64,000 nucleotides of DNA from Verrucomicrobiota bacterium (GCA_947454705.1 CANGKZ010000021.1:472-64471), one strand, 5' to 3'; positions 28,035 through 37,786 are shown, counted from the stretch's first letter. Numbers and translations: made by a program. Notes: generated by a model from the letters alone, not told the origin.

Positions 28035-28289
28035 GTGTTTGTTGGAAAAGAATGGAATCGAGTGGAACTGGAGCCGGTCAGCGAAGCCCTTGATGGGGCG
28101 ATTCAAGTACGACGAAAAGACCGAGTTGCGTCGCATCACGGCAGATCCGTGCGCGGCCACCAGGAGTTGGGTTAGTAATCCGCAGCGGTGGTCGCTACGA
28201 ACTGGGAAGGAGCCTACGGGGCCGCGGTCGCAGGTCCAATGGAATCGTGGGCCCGCTGCAGGACCCCGGCGCTGCCGAACGGACTGAGC

Positions 28290-29819
28290 TTAGCGTCCGA
28301 GCATTGTATCAATCTTGGCACGTACCGCCGGGTCCATGCGGATCAAGGGCGGCCAGGTGCGCTTGAATCCTTCGCCCGGCAGCTTTCGGGTGGCATCGAA
28401 CCCCAGCTTTCCACCGATCGCGATGTCGCTCGTCGCGTGATCCAGGACGTCTGCCGGCCCGCGCGTGAGCAGGGTGTCCCGGCCGGGGTCGGTGTTGGCG
28501 CAGAGGCGAAACATCACATCGCTGGTGTTGTGCACATCGACATCGTCATCCACCACCACGATGTATTTCGTGAACATCATCTGCCCCATGCCCCAGAGCC
28601 CGTGCATGATTTTGTAGGCCTGCATCGGGTAGGTTTTTCGGATGCTGACGAACACCAGGTTGTGAAACACGCCTTCAGCCGGCAGCGCGATGTCCACGAT
28701 CTCAGGAAAGTTCATCTTGAACATCGGGAGGAACAACCGCACCGACGCGGCTCCAATGTAGAAATCCTCCATCGGCGGAATTCCGACGACGGTGCTCGGA
28801 TAGATCGCGTCGTTGCGGTGGGTGATCGCCGTGACGTGAAACACCGGATACGGCTCGGGCAGGGTGTAGAATCCCGTGTGGTCGCCGAACGGTCCTTCAT
28901 CCCGGAGGGGTTCAGTCGGGTCGATGTAGCCCTCGATGATGATGTCCGCATTGGCCGGAACCTCCAGATCGTTGGTCTCGCATTTGACGAGGTCGATCGA
29001 TTTCCGACGGAGGTAACCGGCGAGCAGAAATTCGTCGATCCCGTCCGGAAGCGGTGCCGTCGCGGCAAAGGGAAACAGCGGGTCGCCCCCCAGAACGATG
29101 GCCACCGGCATGCGGCTCTTGGTTTCGTAGTAACGACGTCCGTGCCGGGCAGCGACCTTCTGAAGCTGCCAGTGCATTCCGGTGGTTTGATTGTCGTACA
29201 CTTGAACGCGGTACATGCCGACATTGCGCTCGCCGGTGTCCGGATCCTGGGTGACCACGCAGGGCAGGGTGATGAACCGTCCGCCATCGAGCGGCCAGCA
29301 TTTCAAGATGGGGAGATTGAGCAGCGTTGCGGGATTCGCGGGGAGCGTCTCCGGACGTTTCCAATCGGGCGCGGCGGGCCAGGGCGCGGTGTGGGACGCG
29401 CGTTCCTCGAAGCGATGGATCTTCTCCTTGCATGGACCGTCTTTGACCCGGCGCGGGCGGGCGTGACGCAGCTCTGCGGCTCGGGCGAGCAGTTGAAACG
29501 CGTCTCGGAAGGTCGTCGGCGGCTTTGCCTTCATCAGGGCACCGAGCTCGGCGGCGACCTCGTCCACGCTGGCCGCGCCCATGCTCATGGCCATGCGGCG
29601 GTTCGATCCCAGCGTGTTGATCGCTACCGGAAACGGAGAAACAACCCCGTTGATCGTGGGTTTCTCGATCAGCAGGGCCTTGCCGCCGCCGGGCGACTTC
29701 ATCTCGCGGTCCGCCAGCTCGGTGATTTCCAGTTCGGTCGCAACGGGAGTGGAGATGCGGGTCAGCTCTCCCGCGCGATCCAACGCGGTGATCCAGTCCC
29801 GAAACGAGTCGTACGCCAT
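28290..29819 (-). CDS. UbiD-family (prenylated-FMN dependent) decarboxylase, menaquinone/ubiquinone-type
   Basis: 509 aa. MAYDSFRDWITALDRAGELTRISTPVATELEITELADREMKSPGGGKALL.. is the canonical UbiD N-terminus, and the UbiD body is conserved throughout. Confidence 0.9.
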   Translation of the reverse strand: MAYDSFRDWITALDRAGELTRISTPVATELEITELADREMKSPGGGKALLIEKPTINGVVSPFPVAINTLGSNRRMAMSMGAASVDEVAAELGALMKAKPPTTFRDAFQLLARAAELRHARPRRVKDGPCKEKIHRFEERASHTAPWPAAPDWKRPETLPANPATLLNLPILKCWPLDGGRFITLPCVVTQDPDTGERNVGMYRVQVYDNQTTGMHWQLQKVAARHGRRYYETKSRMPVAIVLGGDPLFPFAATAPLPDGIDEFLLAGYLRRKSIDLVKCETNDLEVPANADIIIEGYIDPTEPLRDEGPFGDHTGFYTLPEPYPVFHVTAITHRNDAIYPSTVVGIPPMEDFYIGAASVRLFLPMFKMNFPEIVDIALPAEGVFHNLVFVSIRKTYPMQAYKIMHGLWGMGQMMFTKYIVVVDDDVDVHNTSDVMFRLCANTDPGRDTLLTRGPADVLDHATSDIAIGGKLGFDATRKLPGEGFKRTWPPLIRMDPAVRAKIDTMLGR

Positions 29820-29870
29820 GGGCGGACGCTACCACGCGATGGCGTCGCGGCAAACGGCGGCGAAATTCGA

Positions 29871-30761
29871 TTACCCGTCGATGCCGTTCCGAAGAATTCC
29901 CCTTCGGGCCTGACGACGCACAAGGGTCACGAGGGATTTCAGGCTGCGGGCAAGGAATCGGGGCTCGGAGAGGGCTTCCACGGCGTACTTCCGCGTCGCC
30001 CTGGAGAGATCCAGATCGGCGATCAACAAGGCCTCAGAGGTGTTGCCGGCAAGTTGGAGAACGGTGCCGTCGGAATCCACAATCTTCGAATCTCCGGCCG
30101 ACCAAAGACCGCCGCCCTGGGGGCCGACGGAGTTGGCGAACACGTAGGGAACCGCGTTTTCAAAGGCCCGTGCGGCAATGCCGTCGCGCCCTCCCCGCTT
30201 TTTCCGCGACACGGCCAGGGAATCGAGTCCGGCGTTGGGATGAAAAATGATTCGCGCCCCGGCCATGACCGGAAGGCGTACCAATTCTGGATACCTGCGT
30301 TCGTGGCAAATCAGGGCCGTTGCTGGAATGCCGTCGAGCTCGAAGAGGGCGAGGGCGTTGCCGGGGGTGAAAGTCTCCCGGTCCCGCGGCGTGAGGTGGC
30401 ACTTCGAATACTGGTAAACCGCGCGACCCGATCGGTTGAAGACCACTAGGGAGTTGTGAAGACGACGCCCGTTGAACCAAGGAGTACCCGCCAGTAAGTG
30501 AATGCCGTATTTGCCGGCGAGCGATCCGAGTTGGAGCAGGGCATCGTGGAGTTCCGATCGGTCGAGCCGCCGAAAATCGATGGCGTACCCGGTGGTGGCG
30601 CACTCGGGAAGGAGTACCACATCCGCCCCGCGGTCGGCGGCACGACCAATCACCGATTCGATCCGCTCGATGTTTTCGCGAAGCGTGGGTCGAAACTTGA
30701 GTTGGGCAGCAGCCACGCGAAGGGTTGAGCGTCCTGGAGAGGCGGGTGCGGGCTTGGCCAT
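29871..30761 (-). CDS. Carbon-nitrogen hydrolase family protein (nitrilase/amidase superfamily)
   Basis: 296 aa. ..LRVAAAQLKF.. , ..ADVVLLPECATTGY.. (catalytic Glu context) and ..ALICHERRYPE.. (catalytic Cys context). Confidence 0.85.
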   Translation of the reverse strand: MAKPAPASPGRSTLRVAAAQLKFRPTLRENIERIESVIGRAADRGADVVLLPECATTGYAIDFRRLDRSELHDALLQLGSLAGKYGIHLLAGTPWFNGRRLHNSLVVFNRSGRAVYQYSKCHLTPRDRETFTPGNALALFELDGIPATALICHERRYPELVRLPVMAGARIIFHPNAGLDSLAVSRKKRGGRDGIAARAFENAVPYVFANSVGPQGGGLWSAGDSKIVDSDGTVLQLAGNTSEALLIADLDLSRATRKYAVEALSEPRFLARSLKSLVTLVRRQARRGILRNGIDG

Positions 30762-30821
30762 GACGTGAAGAATACGTCATCGACCCCGGCGATTCCAAGC
30801 CGGTCAGCTGCCCGCAAGTCG

Positions 30822-31889
30822 ATGGCGCACCATCACTTTTTTTTATTCCTTTTGATTTCCTGCCGATGGGTCGCGACAAGATCGCGTGTGCCGTCGAACT
30901 GGACAGACACATCCTGTGCCGTATGTGGCAAATTGGATGGAGCCATGATTCTTGAAATGCCGCATCGCGACTCCGTGTTTGGGGTGGCGTCGGTCTGGCG
31001 GTGTGGCCAGTGCGGATTGCGGCGGTTGCGTCCGCGTCCGGTCGGGGAGCAATTGGGTCGCTACTACGACGAAGCCGCGGGCTACAACGCCTTTGTCGGC
31101 CGCAAACGCAGTGCGAAGGCGCAACGCTGGTGGGACTTTCTCCGGGATTGCCGGTCGCAACCCGCCGGCGTGCACGGTTGGGCACGGCATTTTCGTTTTC
31201 TCGGCGGGCTCATTGCCGATTGGGCCTTCGACATCAATGTTCCACTCAACGGAAAGCGCGGGCTTCGGGTGCTGGAGGTGGGATCGGGCTATGGCGACAT
31301 CCTGATTTATCTGAAGTCGCGCGGATGCGAGGTGTTGGGAATCGACTTGAGCGAAGCCGCCGCCAAGAAGGGCGCGGAAGCCGGGGTGGAAATCCGGGTG
31401 GGCAATCTTGCGGACATGAACCTTCCCGCGGCTTCCTTTGACGTCGCGATCCTCTGTCACAGTCTGGAGCACGTGCCCGATCCCAATGTGGAACTGGCCG
31501 AGCTTGCCCGCGTGTTGAAGCCCGGCGGACGCATCCACATCGCCGTTCCGAACGGCAACGCCGTCCGGCTCGCCCTCGACGGCCGCGAATGGGCGCACCT
31601 CTCATTCCCGTTCCATTTTTGGTACTTCGATCCCCGGACGATCCAGAAGCTGCTGGGGCGGCACGGGTTTGTGCCGGTGGAGGGACCGACCACGACCACG
31701 CGGCATCATGCCTTGATGAGCTGGCGTCATCACATCCGAAGAGACGGGTTCTGGCCGGCGACCAAGGAGTTCATGGCGTACCTGAAGGCGTCGCGACGGA
31801 GGCCGGATGGCGGGGACGTGCTGCGCGTGGTGGCCGAGTTTCAGGGAAAAGAAGCGGGCGAGCGCCTGCTGGCTCGACTCGAAAGCTAG
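30822..31889 (+). CDS. Class I SAM-dependent methyltransferase with an N-terminal zinc-ribbon
   Basis: ..CAVCG..(x23)..CGQCG.. is the Zn ribbon and LRVLEVGSGYGDILIYL is SAM motif I. The start is uncertain. The GTG at 30765 lies only 4 nt from the divergent nitrilase start. The ATG at 30822 is chosen here, and the GTG at 30888 is also possible. Confidence 0.75.
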   Translation: MAHHHFFLFLLISCRWVATRSRVPSNWTDTSCAVCGKLDGAMILEMPHRDSVFGVASVWRCGQCGLRRLRPRPVGEQLGRYYDEAAGYNAFVGRKRSAKAQRWWDFLRDCRSQPAGVHGWARHFRFLGGLIADWAFDINVPLNGKRGLRVLEVGSGYGDILIYLKSRGCEVLGIDLSEAAAKKGAEAGVEIRVGNLADMNLPAASFDVAILCHSLEHVPDPNVELAELARVLKPGGRIHIAVPNGNAVRLALDGREWAHLSFPFHFWYFDPRTIQKLLGRHGFVPVEGPTTTTRHHALMSWRHHIRRDGFWPATKEFMAYLKASRRRPDGGDVLRVVAEFQGKEAGERLLARLES

Positions 31890-31924
31890 GCGGGTGGTAC
31901 GTAACGGGCCGAATTCAAAATCAC

Positions 31925-32386
31925 ATGAGTGCCGAAGCCCGTCTCCGCGACCTTCATCTCGAACTTCCCAAAGCCCCGAAACCGGTGGCGGTGTACAAGC
32001 CGCTGGTGGTCAGTGGCAATCACGCCTACGTGTCCGGACACGGACCGCTCCGCACCGACGGATCGTTGATCCAGGGGGTGGTGGGGCGTGACCTGACCCT
32101 CGAGGAGGGCAAGCTCGCGGCCCGCCAGGTCGGCCTGGCCATTCTCGCCACGCTCAAGGAAAACCTCGGCTCGCTCGATCGCGTGAACCGCGTGGTCAAG
32201 ATCCTCGGCATGGTGAACACCGCCCAGGATTTCTACGATCATCCCAAGGTGATCAATGGGTGCAGCGAGCTGTTCGCCGAGATTTGGGGATCGGACAAGG
32301 GAATCGGCGCCCGGAGCGCGGTGGGAATGGGGCCGCTGCCCGGCAACATTGCGGTGGAGATTGAAGTGATTTTCGAACTCGTCTGA
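31925..32386 (+). CDS. RidA/YjgF-family reactive-intermediate (enamine/imine) deaminase
   Basis: Starts at ATG M113 of ORF 31589..32386. The 153-aa product MSAEARLRDLHLELPKAPKPVAVYKPLVVSGNHAYVSGHGP..ARSAVGMGPLPGNIAVEIEVIFEL is typical of the YjgF/RidA fold. Confidence 0.85.
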   Translation: MSAEARLRDLHLELPKAPKPVAVYKPLVVSGNHAYVSGHGPLRTDGSLIQGVVGRDLTLEEGKLAARQVGLAILATLKENLGSLDRVNRVVKILGMVNTAQDFYDHPKVINGCSELFAEIWGSDKGIGARSAVGMGPLPGNIAVEIEVIFELV

Positions 32387-32388
32387 CC

Positions 32389-33498
32389 ATGGATTCCGCC
32401 TGGTACGCCGTGCGGAACGTGGACGAAATCCCGTCCCCCGCGCTTCTAGTTTATCCCGAGCGCATCGAACGCAATTTCGCCGCGATGATTCGCATCGCGG
32501 GGGATGTGTCCCGGCTGCGTCCGCACATCAAGACCCACAAGCTCCCGGAATTGGTACGGCGTCAGGTGGAGCTCGGGATCACCAAGGTGAAGTGTGCGAC
32601 GATCGCCGAGGCGGAGATGGCGGTTCTAGCCGGGGCGGAGGATGTCCTGCTGGCGTGTCAGCCGGTGGGACCGAATTGCGATCGCTTGGTTGAGCTGGCG
32701 GTTCGTCATCCGGGGGCGCGGTTGTCCGCGGTGCTCGACAATGAGCACTCGGCGCGGGCCCTCTCGGATTCGGCCTTGAAGGCGTCGATTCGCATTGGGG
32801 CGTGGATGGATCTCGATATCGGACAGCATCGCACCGGTGTGGAACCTGGGGATGCGGCGGTGGAGTTGTACCAGCTGATTGCGAAGCTGCCGGGATTGGA
32901 GCCGCGCGGGCTCCACGCCTACGACGGACATTTGCACGATCCCGATCTTTCGGCGCGCAAGGAGGCCTGCGATGCCGCGTTTGCGCCGGTGCAGGCGGTG
33001 CGACAGATCCTGCTCGCGCTCGGGCTCCCAGTGCCGGCCGTGGTGGCGGGCGGAACTCCGACGTTCCCGATTCACGCGCAACGCAGCGATGTGGAGCTGA
33101 GTCCGGGGACATGCGTGCTGTGGGACGCCGGCTATGCCAAGAAGCTGCCGGATCTGGTGTTTGAACCCGCGGCGGTGGTGTTGACCCGCGTGGTCAGCAA
33201 GCCGACGCCGGAGCGCGTGTGCCTGGATCTCGGACACAAGGCGGTGGCGTCCGAAATGCAGCAACCCCGCGTGGTTTTTCTCAATTTGCCCCGCGCGAAT
33301 CCGGTCGCGCACAACGAGGAGCATCTCGTGGTGGAAGGGGTGGATGCTTCCGCGTTGTCGATCGGCGACGCCATCTACGGAATCCCGTGGCACGTCTGCC
33401 CGACGGTTGCCCTACACCAAGAGGTGTGGGTGGTTCGCGAGGGGCTGGCGTCCACGCGATGGACGGTCACGGCGCGGGCGCGACGGATTCAGATTTGA
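32389..33498 (+). CDS. D-threonine aldolase / DSD1-type D-serine dehydratase-like PLP enzyme (alanine-racemase N-domain fold)
   Basis: 369 aa, starting 2 nt after the ridA stop. ..LRPHIKTHKLPEL.. is the PLP-lysine context. The C-terminal ..NEEHLVVEG..GDAIYGIPWHVCPTV.. is typical of the D-TA/DSD1 family. Confidence 0.8.
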   Translation: MDSAWYAVRNVDEIPSPALLVYPERIERNFAAMIRIAGDVSRLRPHIKTHKLPELVRRQVELGITKVKCATIAEAEMAVLAGAEDVLLACQPVGPNCDRLVELAVRHPGARLSAVLDNEHSARALSDSALKASIRIGAWMDLDIGQHRTGVEPGDAAVELYQLIAKLPGLEPRGLHAYDGHLHDPDLSARKEACDAAFAPVQAVRQILLALGLPVPAVVAGGTPTFPIHAQRSDVELSPGTCVLWDAGYAKKLPDLVFEPAAVVLTRVVSKPTPERVCLDLGHKAVASEMQQPRVVFLNLPRANPVAHNEEHLVVEGVDASALSIGDAIYGIPWHVCPTVALHQEVWVVREGLASTRWTVTARARRIQI

Positions 33499-33581
33499 GC
33501 ATTGAGCTCCGCGGAATTTCTGCCGATCTGTTGAGGGCACCGACGGTGCGGCCGCATGCTGCGGCGCGATCAGCTCTGTAA

Positions 33582-34682
33582 TTGGGACCACACATGTTTG
33601 TTTTTGACGCACACCTCGACCTAGCGATGAACGCCGTCGAGTGGAATCGTGACCTCACCCGCCCGCTGGCGGAAATCCGCGCCGCTGAATCCCGCTTGAA
33701 GGATAAGCCGGACCGCGGGCACGGAACGGTGTCCTTTACCGAGATGCGGCGGGGCGGCATCGGGCTGTGCGTTGCCACGCAGATCGCCCGCGTGGAGCAC
33801 AATGCGTGGAGCCCCGTGGCAGGATGGCGTTCCCCCGCGCAGGCGTGGGCCATGACTCAGGCGCAGCTGGCGTGGTACCGCGAAATGGAAGAGGCGGGGG
33901 AGTTGGTTCAGATCCGCGATAGGGTCGCGCTGGAGGCGCATCTGGCTGGTTGGCCGGCCGACGCCACCCAGACGGGCCACTCGGCTCCGAAACTTCCGCT
34001 GGGTTACATTCTGTCGCTGGAGGGAGCCGATTCCCTCGTGACGCTGCATCATTTGGAGCGGGCCTACGGATACGGCCTTCGGGCGATCGGGCCTGCGCAT
34101 TACGGACCGGGGATTTATGCCAACGGCACCCATTCGTCCGGCGAACTGAACGCCCGAGGACGTGAACTGCTGGTGGAAATGCGGCGATTGGGAATCATCC
34201 TCGACGCCACCCATCTGTGCGACGACGCCTATTGGGACGCGATGAAGCGCTGGGACGGTCCGGTCTGGGCGAGCCATCAGAATTGTCGCTCGCTGGTGCC
34301 TGACACGCGTCAGTGGACCGACGAGCAGATCCGCGAACTGATCCGGCACGATGGCGTGCTGGGGGCGGTGTTCGACGCCTGGATGATGGTGCCCGGTTGG
34401 GAACGTGGAAAAACCACCCCCGCCTCGGCGCATTTGAAACTGGAACGGATTGTGGAGCACATCGACCACATCTGCCAAATCGCGGGCAATGCGCGTCATG
34501 TGGGGATCGGTTCCGATCTCGACGGCGGGTTCGGCATTGAGCAAACGCCGCAGGATCTGCAATCGATTGCCGATCTGCAGCATCTGCCGGTTCTGCTGCG
34601 GGCGCGCGGTTTTAGCGAAGCCGATGTCGCCGGACTGGCGCATGGCAATTTCCTGCGCGTGCTCCGAAACGCCTGGGCCTGA
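33582..34682 (+). CDS. Membrane (renal-type) dipeptidase, peptidase family M19
   Basis: 366 aa. ..FVFDAHLDLAMN.. (His-x-Asp metal site), ..ILSLEGADSL.. and ..HVGIGSDLDGGF.. are M19 signature blocks. Confidence 0.85.
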   Translation: MGPHMFVFDAHLDLAMNAVEWNRDLTRPLAEIRAAESRLKDKPDRGHGTVSFTEMRRGGIGLCVATQIARVEHNAWSPVAGWRSPAQAWAMTQAQLAWYREMEEAGELVQIRDRVALEAHLAGWPADATQTGHSAPKLPLGYILSLEGADSLVTLHHLERAYGYGLRAIGPAHYGPGIYANGTHSSGELNARGRELLVEMRRLGIILDATHLCDDAYWDAMKRWDGPVWASHQNCRSLVPDTRQWTDEQIRELIRHDGVLGAVFDAWMMVPGWERGKTTPASAHLKLERIVEHIDHICQIAGNARHVGIGSDLDGGFGIEQTPQDLQSIADLQHLPVLLRARGFSEADVAGLAHGNFLRVLRNAWA

Positions 34683-34699
34683 TCCGAAACTCCGTCGCG

Positions 34700-34735
34700 A
34701 AAAACAAAAACGGCACCGGATGGATACCGGTGCCG
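34700..34735 (-). terminator. Rho-independent terminator for infA (read on the minus strand)
   Basis: The plus strand reads aaaaacaaaaaCGGCACCGGatggataCCGGTGCCG. On the minus strand this is a 9-bp GC stem followed by TTTTTGTTTTT. It may also stop the convergent dipeptidase transcript. Confidence 0.6.
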
Positions 34736-34826
34736 TGATTGAACGAACGTACTTTTTCTCGAAGCGGATTCAGGTCATCCCGCGATCCGTTCAGATCTTA
34801 TTGCGGGCGATGGTGGATCGGCGGGA

Positions 34827-35039
34827 TTAGCCGAGCCGGTAGGTGATCCGGGCCTTGTTCAGGTCGTACGGGGACATTTCCAATCGCACACGATCGCCCG
34901 GGGTGAGCCGGATGAACCGCTTGCGCATCTTGCCGGAAATGTGGGCGAGAACGATGTGCTTGTTGTCGAGTTCGACGCGAAACATCGTCCCGGCGAGAAC
35001 CGTGAGGATTTTTCCTTCGAGTGAAATGTGTTCTTCCAT
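34827..35039 (-). CDS. infA: Translation initiation factor IF-1
   Basis: 70 aa. [69 protein letters not shown] is near-canonical IF-1. Confidence 0.95.
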   Translation of the reverse strand: MEEHISLEGKILTVLAGTMFRVELDNKHIVLAHISGKMRKRFIRLTPGDRVRLEMSPYDLNKARITYRLG

Positions 35040-35137
35040 GATTTGACGTCTAACGCGGTCCAGCCAGAGCCATCAGGTGCCATCGGGCTTTTGGGATTCG
35101 GTTTGGGGCTGGGGCCAACCGGATCACGGTTTCGGCC

Positions 35138-35174
35138 AAAAGCGGCGCGGGGTGGAATAAACCGACCCCGCGCC
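35138..35174 (-). terminator. Rho-independent terminator for the RRM-protein gene (minus strand)
   Basis: Plus-strand arms GGCGCGGGGT (35144-35153) and ACCCCGCGCC (35165-35174). On the minus strand this is a 10-bp GC stem followed by gcTTTT. Confidence 0.55.
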
Positions 35175-35222
35175 GTTGAAAACTTAAATCAAGCCGAACG
35201 TGCGGCTTGGTCCCGGGCTAAC

Positions 35223-35567
35223 TTAGTAGCGGGGACGGAATCCGCCTTCGCGGCGAGGGCCACGGCTTCCGCCGCCGCCGCCACCACCACCGAAGCCGCC
35301 GCCGCCACCGGAGCGTTCTTCCTTCGGACGCGCTTCATTGACGGTCAGGGGACGGCCGTCGAGCTGCTTGCCGTGCATGGAGTCGATAGCAGCCTTGGCG
35401 CCATCGGCAGTGGCCATGGTGACGAAGGCAAATCCGCGGGAGCGGCCAGTCATACGATCAACCATGAGGTTGACTTCGGAGACATCACCGTGGGCGGCAA
35501 AAGCGTCCTGGAGGTCGTTCTCAGTGGTGTTGAACGACAGGTTCCCCACGTACAGTTTCGTGTTCAT
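35223..35567 (-). CDS. RRM-type RNA-binding protein with a glycine-rich tail
   Basis: 114 aa with RNP2 KLYVGNL and RNP1 RGFAFVTM. The C-terminus is [28 protein letters not shown]. Confidence 0.9.
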   Translation of the reverse strand: MNTKLYVGNLSFNTTENDLQDAFAAHGDVSEVNLMVDRMTGRSRGFAFVTMATADGAKAAIDSMHGKQLDGRPLTVNEARPKEERSGGGGGFGGGGGGGGSRGPRREGGFRPRY

Positions 35568-36106
35568 TAATGATTCCTAGCTCGACTCGCAGTGATTTCT
35601 CAGACTGTTCCCGACCATCGGGTTTCAAATCATCACTGAAGCACGTTCAACTGAAGATTTACCACGCCTGGACTTTCGCTCGCTATCTTGCAGGGCGGCC
35701 GCAAGCTGACCGGTTTGGTTGAATGAGCAAGGCTAATCTTTTGGAAAAACGGGGGTAACAACTTCAGTCCGAGGGCGGAAAAGGAGGTGAATCGGGCGGC
35801 CCGCCGAGGCGGTTTGATGGATTCGTGGACAACTGCTGTTCTGATTCGACACCGAAAAAAGCCTTGTCCCTCGCCGTCATCCCCGTACTTTCCTCGGCGC
35901 CTGGTGTCGCGTGTGCGGCATCGTTTTAGGCTGAGAAAAGACCGTTAAACGCACAACCTGACCTCTAACCTCCGTTGCCAACCGCAACGCGGTGAACAGT
36001 TGGGCATCGGAGTCTTCGCGCGGGGCCGCGCTTTCTTCACGTCCCCCCTCCTAGACCTCCCGTTTACTCAGAGTCAGTCCGTCCGTCGGTATATCGTTTG
36101 TTGATT

Positions 36107-37786
36107 ATGGCAGCGACCACGCAGTCCTTTGCCGAGCTTCTGAAGCAGTACGATCGTTCGCTTCAGACCGGCCAAATCGTTAAGGGAACCATCATTGAAG
36201 TCCGTCCGAAAGAAGCCCTCGTGGACATCGGCGGAAAATCCGAAGGCGTTGTTTCCGCTTCGGAGTTCGTTGATTTCACCACCGTGAAGGTGGGCGACCT
36301 CATCGACGTGCTCATCGAGCGCGCCGAAGACAAAGATGGAAATGTCCATCTCTCGAAGGAAAAGGCCGAGTTCCAGCAGAACTGGGACCGCATCCAAACC
36401 ATCTGCAACGAAGGCGGCACGGTCACCGGCAAGGTGAAGGGTGTCGTCAAGGGTGGTCTCGTGGTGAACATCGGTGTCGAGGCGTTCTGCCCTTCGAGCC
36501 AGGTGGACATCACTCCTCCGAAGAACCTGGGCGCCTATGTGGGCAATGCCTATGAGTTCAAGGTCGTGAAGCTCAATCCGGACCGCCAGAACGTGGTCCT
36601 CAGCCGTCGCGAACTCGTCGAGGCTGAACGCAATGCGCGCCGTGCGTCGTTGCTCTCCGAAATGGTTCCGGGCGACATCCGCAAGGGCACCGTCAAGAAC
36701 CTCACCGACTTCGGCGCGTTCATCGACCTCAACGGTCTGGACGGCCTCCTCCACATCACCGACATGTCCTGGGGCCGGCTCAGCCACCCGAGCGAGATGC
36801 TCCGCGTGGGCCAGGAAATCGACGTCGTCGTCCTCGACATCAACCGCGAGAAGGAACGCGTCTCCCTCGGCCTCAAGCAGAAGGAAGCGAATCCCTGGGA
36901 CAGCATCGAAGCCAAGTACCCCCTCGGCACCAAGGTCAAGGGCAAGGTCGTCAACCTCGTTCCCTACGGCGCGTTCGTCGAAGTGGAGCCGGGTGTCGAA
37001 GGCCTCGTGCACGTCACCGAACTCAGCTGGACCAAGCGCATCGCGAAGCCCTCGGACGTCCTCAAGGTCGGCCAGGACATCGAAGCGGTCGTGCTCGGCA
37101 TCAACCGCGAGGAGCAGAAGATCTCCCTCGGTATCCGTCAGCTCGAGACCAACCCGTGGGACATCGCCCACGAGAAGTATCCTCCTGGCACCAAGGTCAA
37201 GGGAGCGATCCGCAACCTCACCAGCTACGGCGCGTTCATCGAACTCGAGGAAGGTCTCGACGGTATGATCCACGTGTCCGACATGAGCTGGACCCGCAAG
37301 ATCAACCACCCGAGCGAAGTCGTGAAGAAGGGCGACGTCGTCGAAGCCGTCGTGCTCGAAGTCGACAAGGCCAACCAGCGCATCAGCGTTGGCATGAAGC
37401 AGCTCGCCGTGGATCCCTGGGAGCAGATCGACCAGTTCTTCAAGGTGGGCGATCTGGTTGCCGGCAAGGTCACGAAGCTCGCGAGCTTCGGTGCCTTCGT
37501 CGGACTGCCCCACGACATCGACGGCCTGGTGCACATTTCCCAGGTCAGCGAAGAGCGCGTGGACAAGATCAAGAACGTGCTCAAGGTCGGTGACGACGTG
37601 AGCGCCCGCGTGATCAAGATTGATCGCGCCGACCGCCGCATCGGTCTGTCGATCAAGGCTGCGAACTACTCGCAGGAGCAGCTCAAGGCCGAGCAGGCCG
37701 TGCTCGACTCCCTCAAGCCGGGCGAAGACCTCGTGGCGCTCGAACACGCGTTCGCCGCTGCCGAGGAGAAGTTCGGCAAGCAGTAA
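36107..37786 (+). CDS. rpsA: 30S ribosomal protein S1
   Basis: ATG M4 of ORF 36098..37786. Six S1 (OB-fold) repeats are recognisable (..GQIVKGTIIEV.., ..GGTVTGKVKGVVKGGLVV.., ..IRKGTVKNLTDFGAFIDL.., ..KVKGKVVNLVPYGAFVEV.., ..KVKGAIRNLTSYGAFIEL.., ..LVAGKVTKLASFGAFVGL..). Confidence 0.95.
   Translation: MAATTQSFAELLKQYDRSLQTGQIVKGTIIEVRPKEALVDIGGKSEGVVSASEFVDFTTVKVGDLIDVLIERAEDKDGNVHLSKEKAEFQQNWDRIQTICNEGGTVTGKVKGVVKGGLVVNIGVEAFCPSSQVDITPPKNLGAYVGNAYEFKVVKLNPDRQNVVLSRRELVEAERNARRASLLSEMVPGDIRKGTVKNLTDFGAFIDLNGLDGLLHITDMSWGRLSHPSEMLRVGQEIDVVVLDINREKERVSLGLKQKEANPWDSIEAKYPLGTKVKGKVVNLVPYGAFVEVEPGVEGLVHVTELSWTKRIAKPSDVLKVGQDIEAVVLGINREEQKISLGIRQLETNPWDIAHEKYPPGTKVKGAIRNLTSYGAFIELEEGLDGMIHVSDMSWTRKINHPSEVVKKGDVVEAVVLEVDKANQRISVGMKQLAVDPWEQIDQFFKVGDLVAGKVTKLASFGAFVGLPHDIDGLVHISQVSEERVDKIKNVLKVGDDVSARVIKIDRADRRIGLSIKAANYSQEQLKAEQAVLDSLKPGEDLVALEHAFAAAEEKFGKQ

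Noticed and set aside
28137-28151. Small palindrome CACGGcagatCCGTG upstream of the ParA-like gene, superficially similar to the CACGGAT units.
   Set aside because: It has only 5-bp arms, is a single occurrence and is not phased. It is not a member of the repeat family.
28188-30449. Very long ORFs antisense to real genes. Examples: 28188..30449 (753 aa) opposite UbiD, 36074..37960 opposite rpsA, 49341..51266 opposite cysS, 55019..56380 opposite prc, 12576..14618 opposite the E1-FabH fusion, 45862..47412, 37848..39128 and 14773..16386.
   Set aside because: Their translations are Arg/Gly/Ala/Pro-rich low-complexity sequence with no recognisable motifs. The opposite strand encodes unmistakable conserved proteins. 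This is a typical stop-codon-poor antisense artefact of high-GC DNA.
30759-30888. Divergent nitrilase and methyltransferase start codons only 4 nt apart (ATG 30761 minus, GTG 30765 plus). A T8 run at 30837-30844 might be a slipped-strand phase-variation tract.
   Set aside because: More likely this is a start-codon annotation problem. The methyltransferase probably starts at ATG 30822 or GTG 30888. With the GTG 30888 start, the T-rich stretch is probably promoter or leader sequence. A single T8 run is weak evidence for phase variation.
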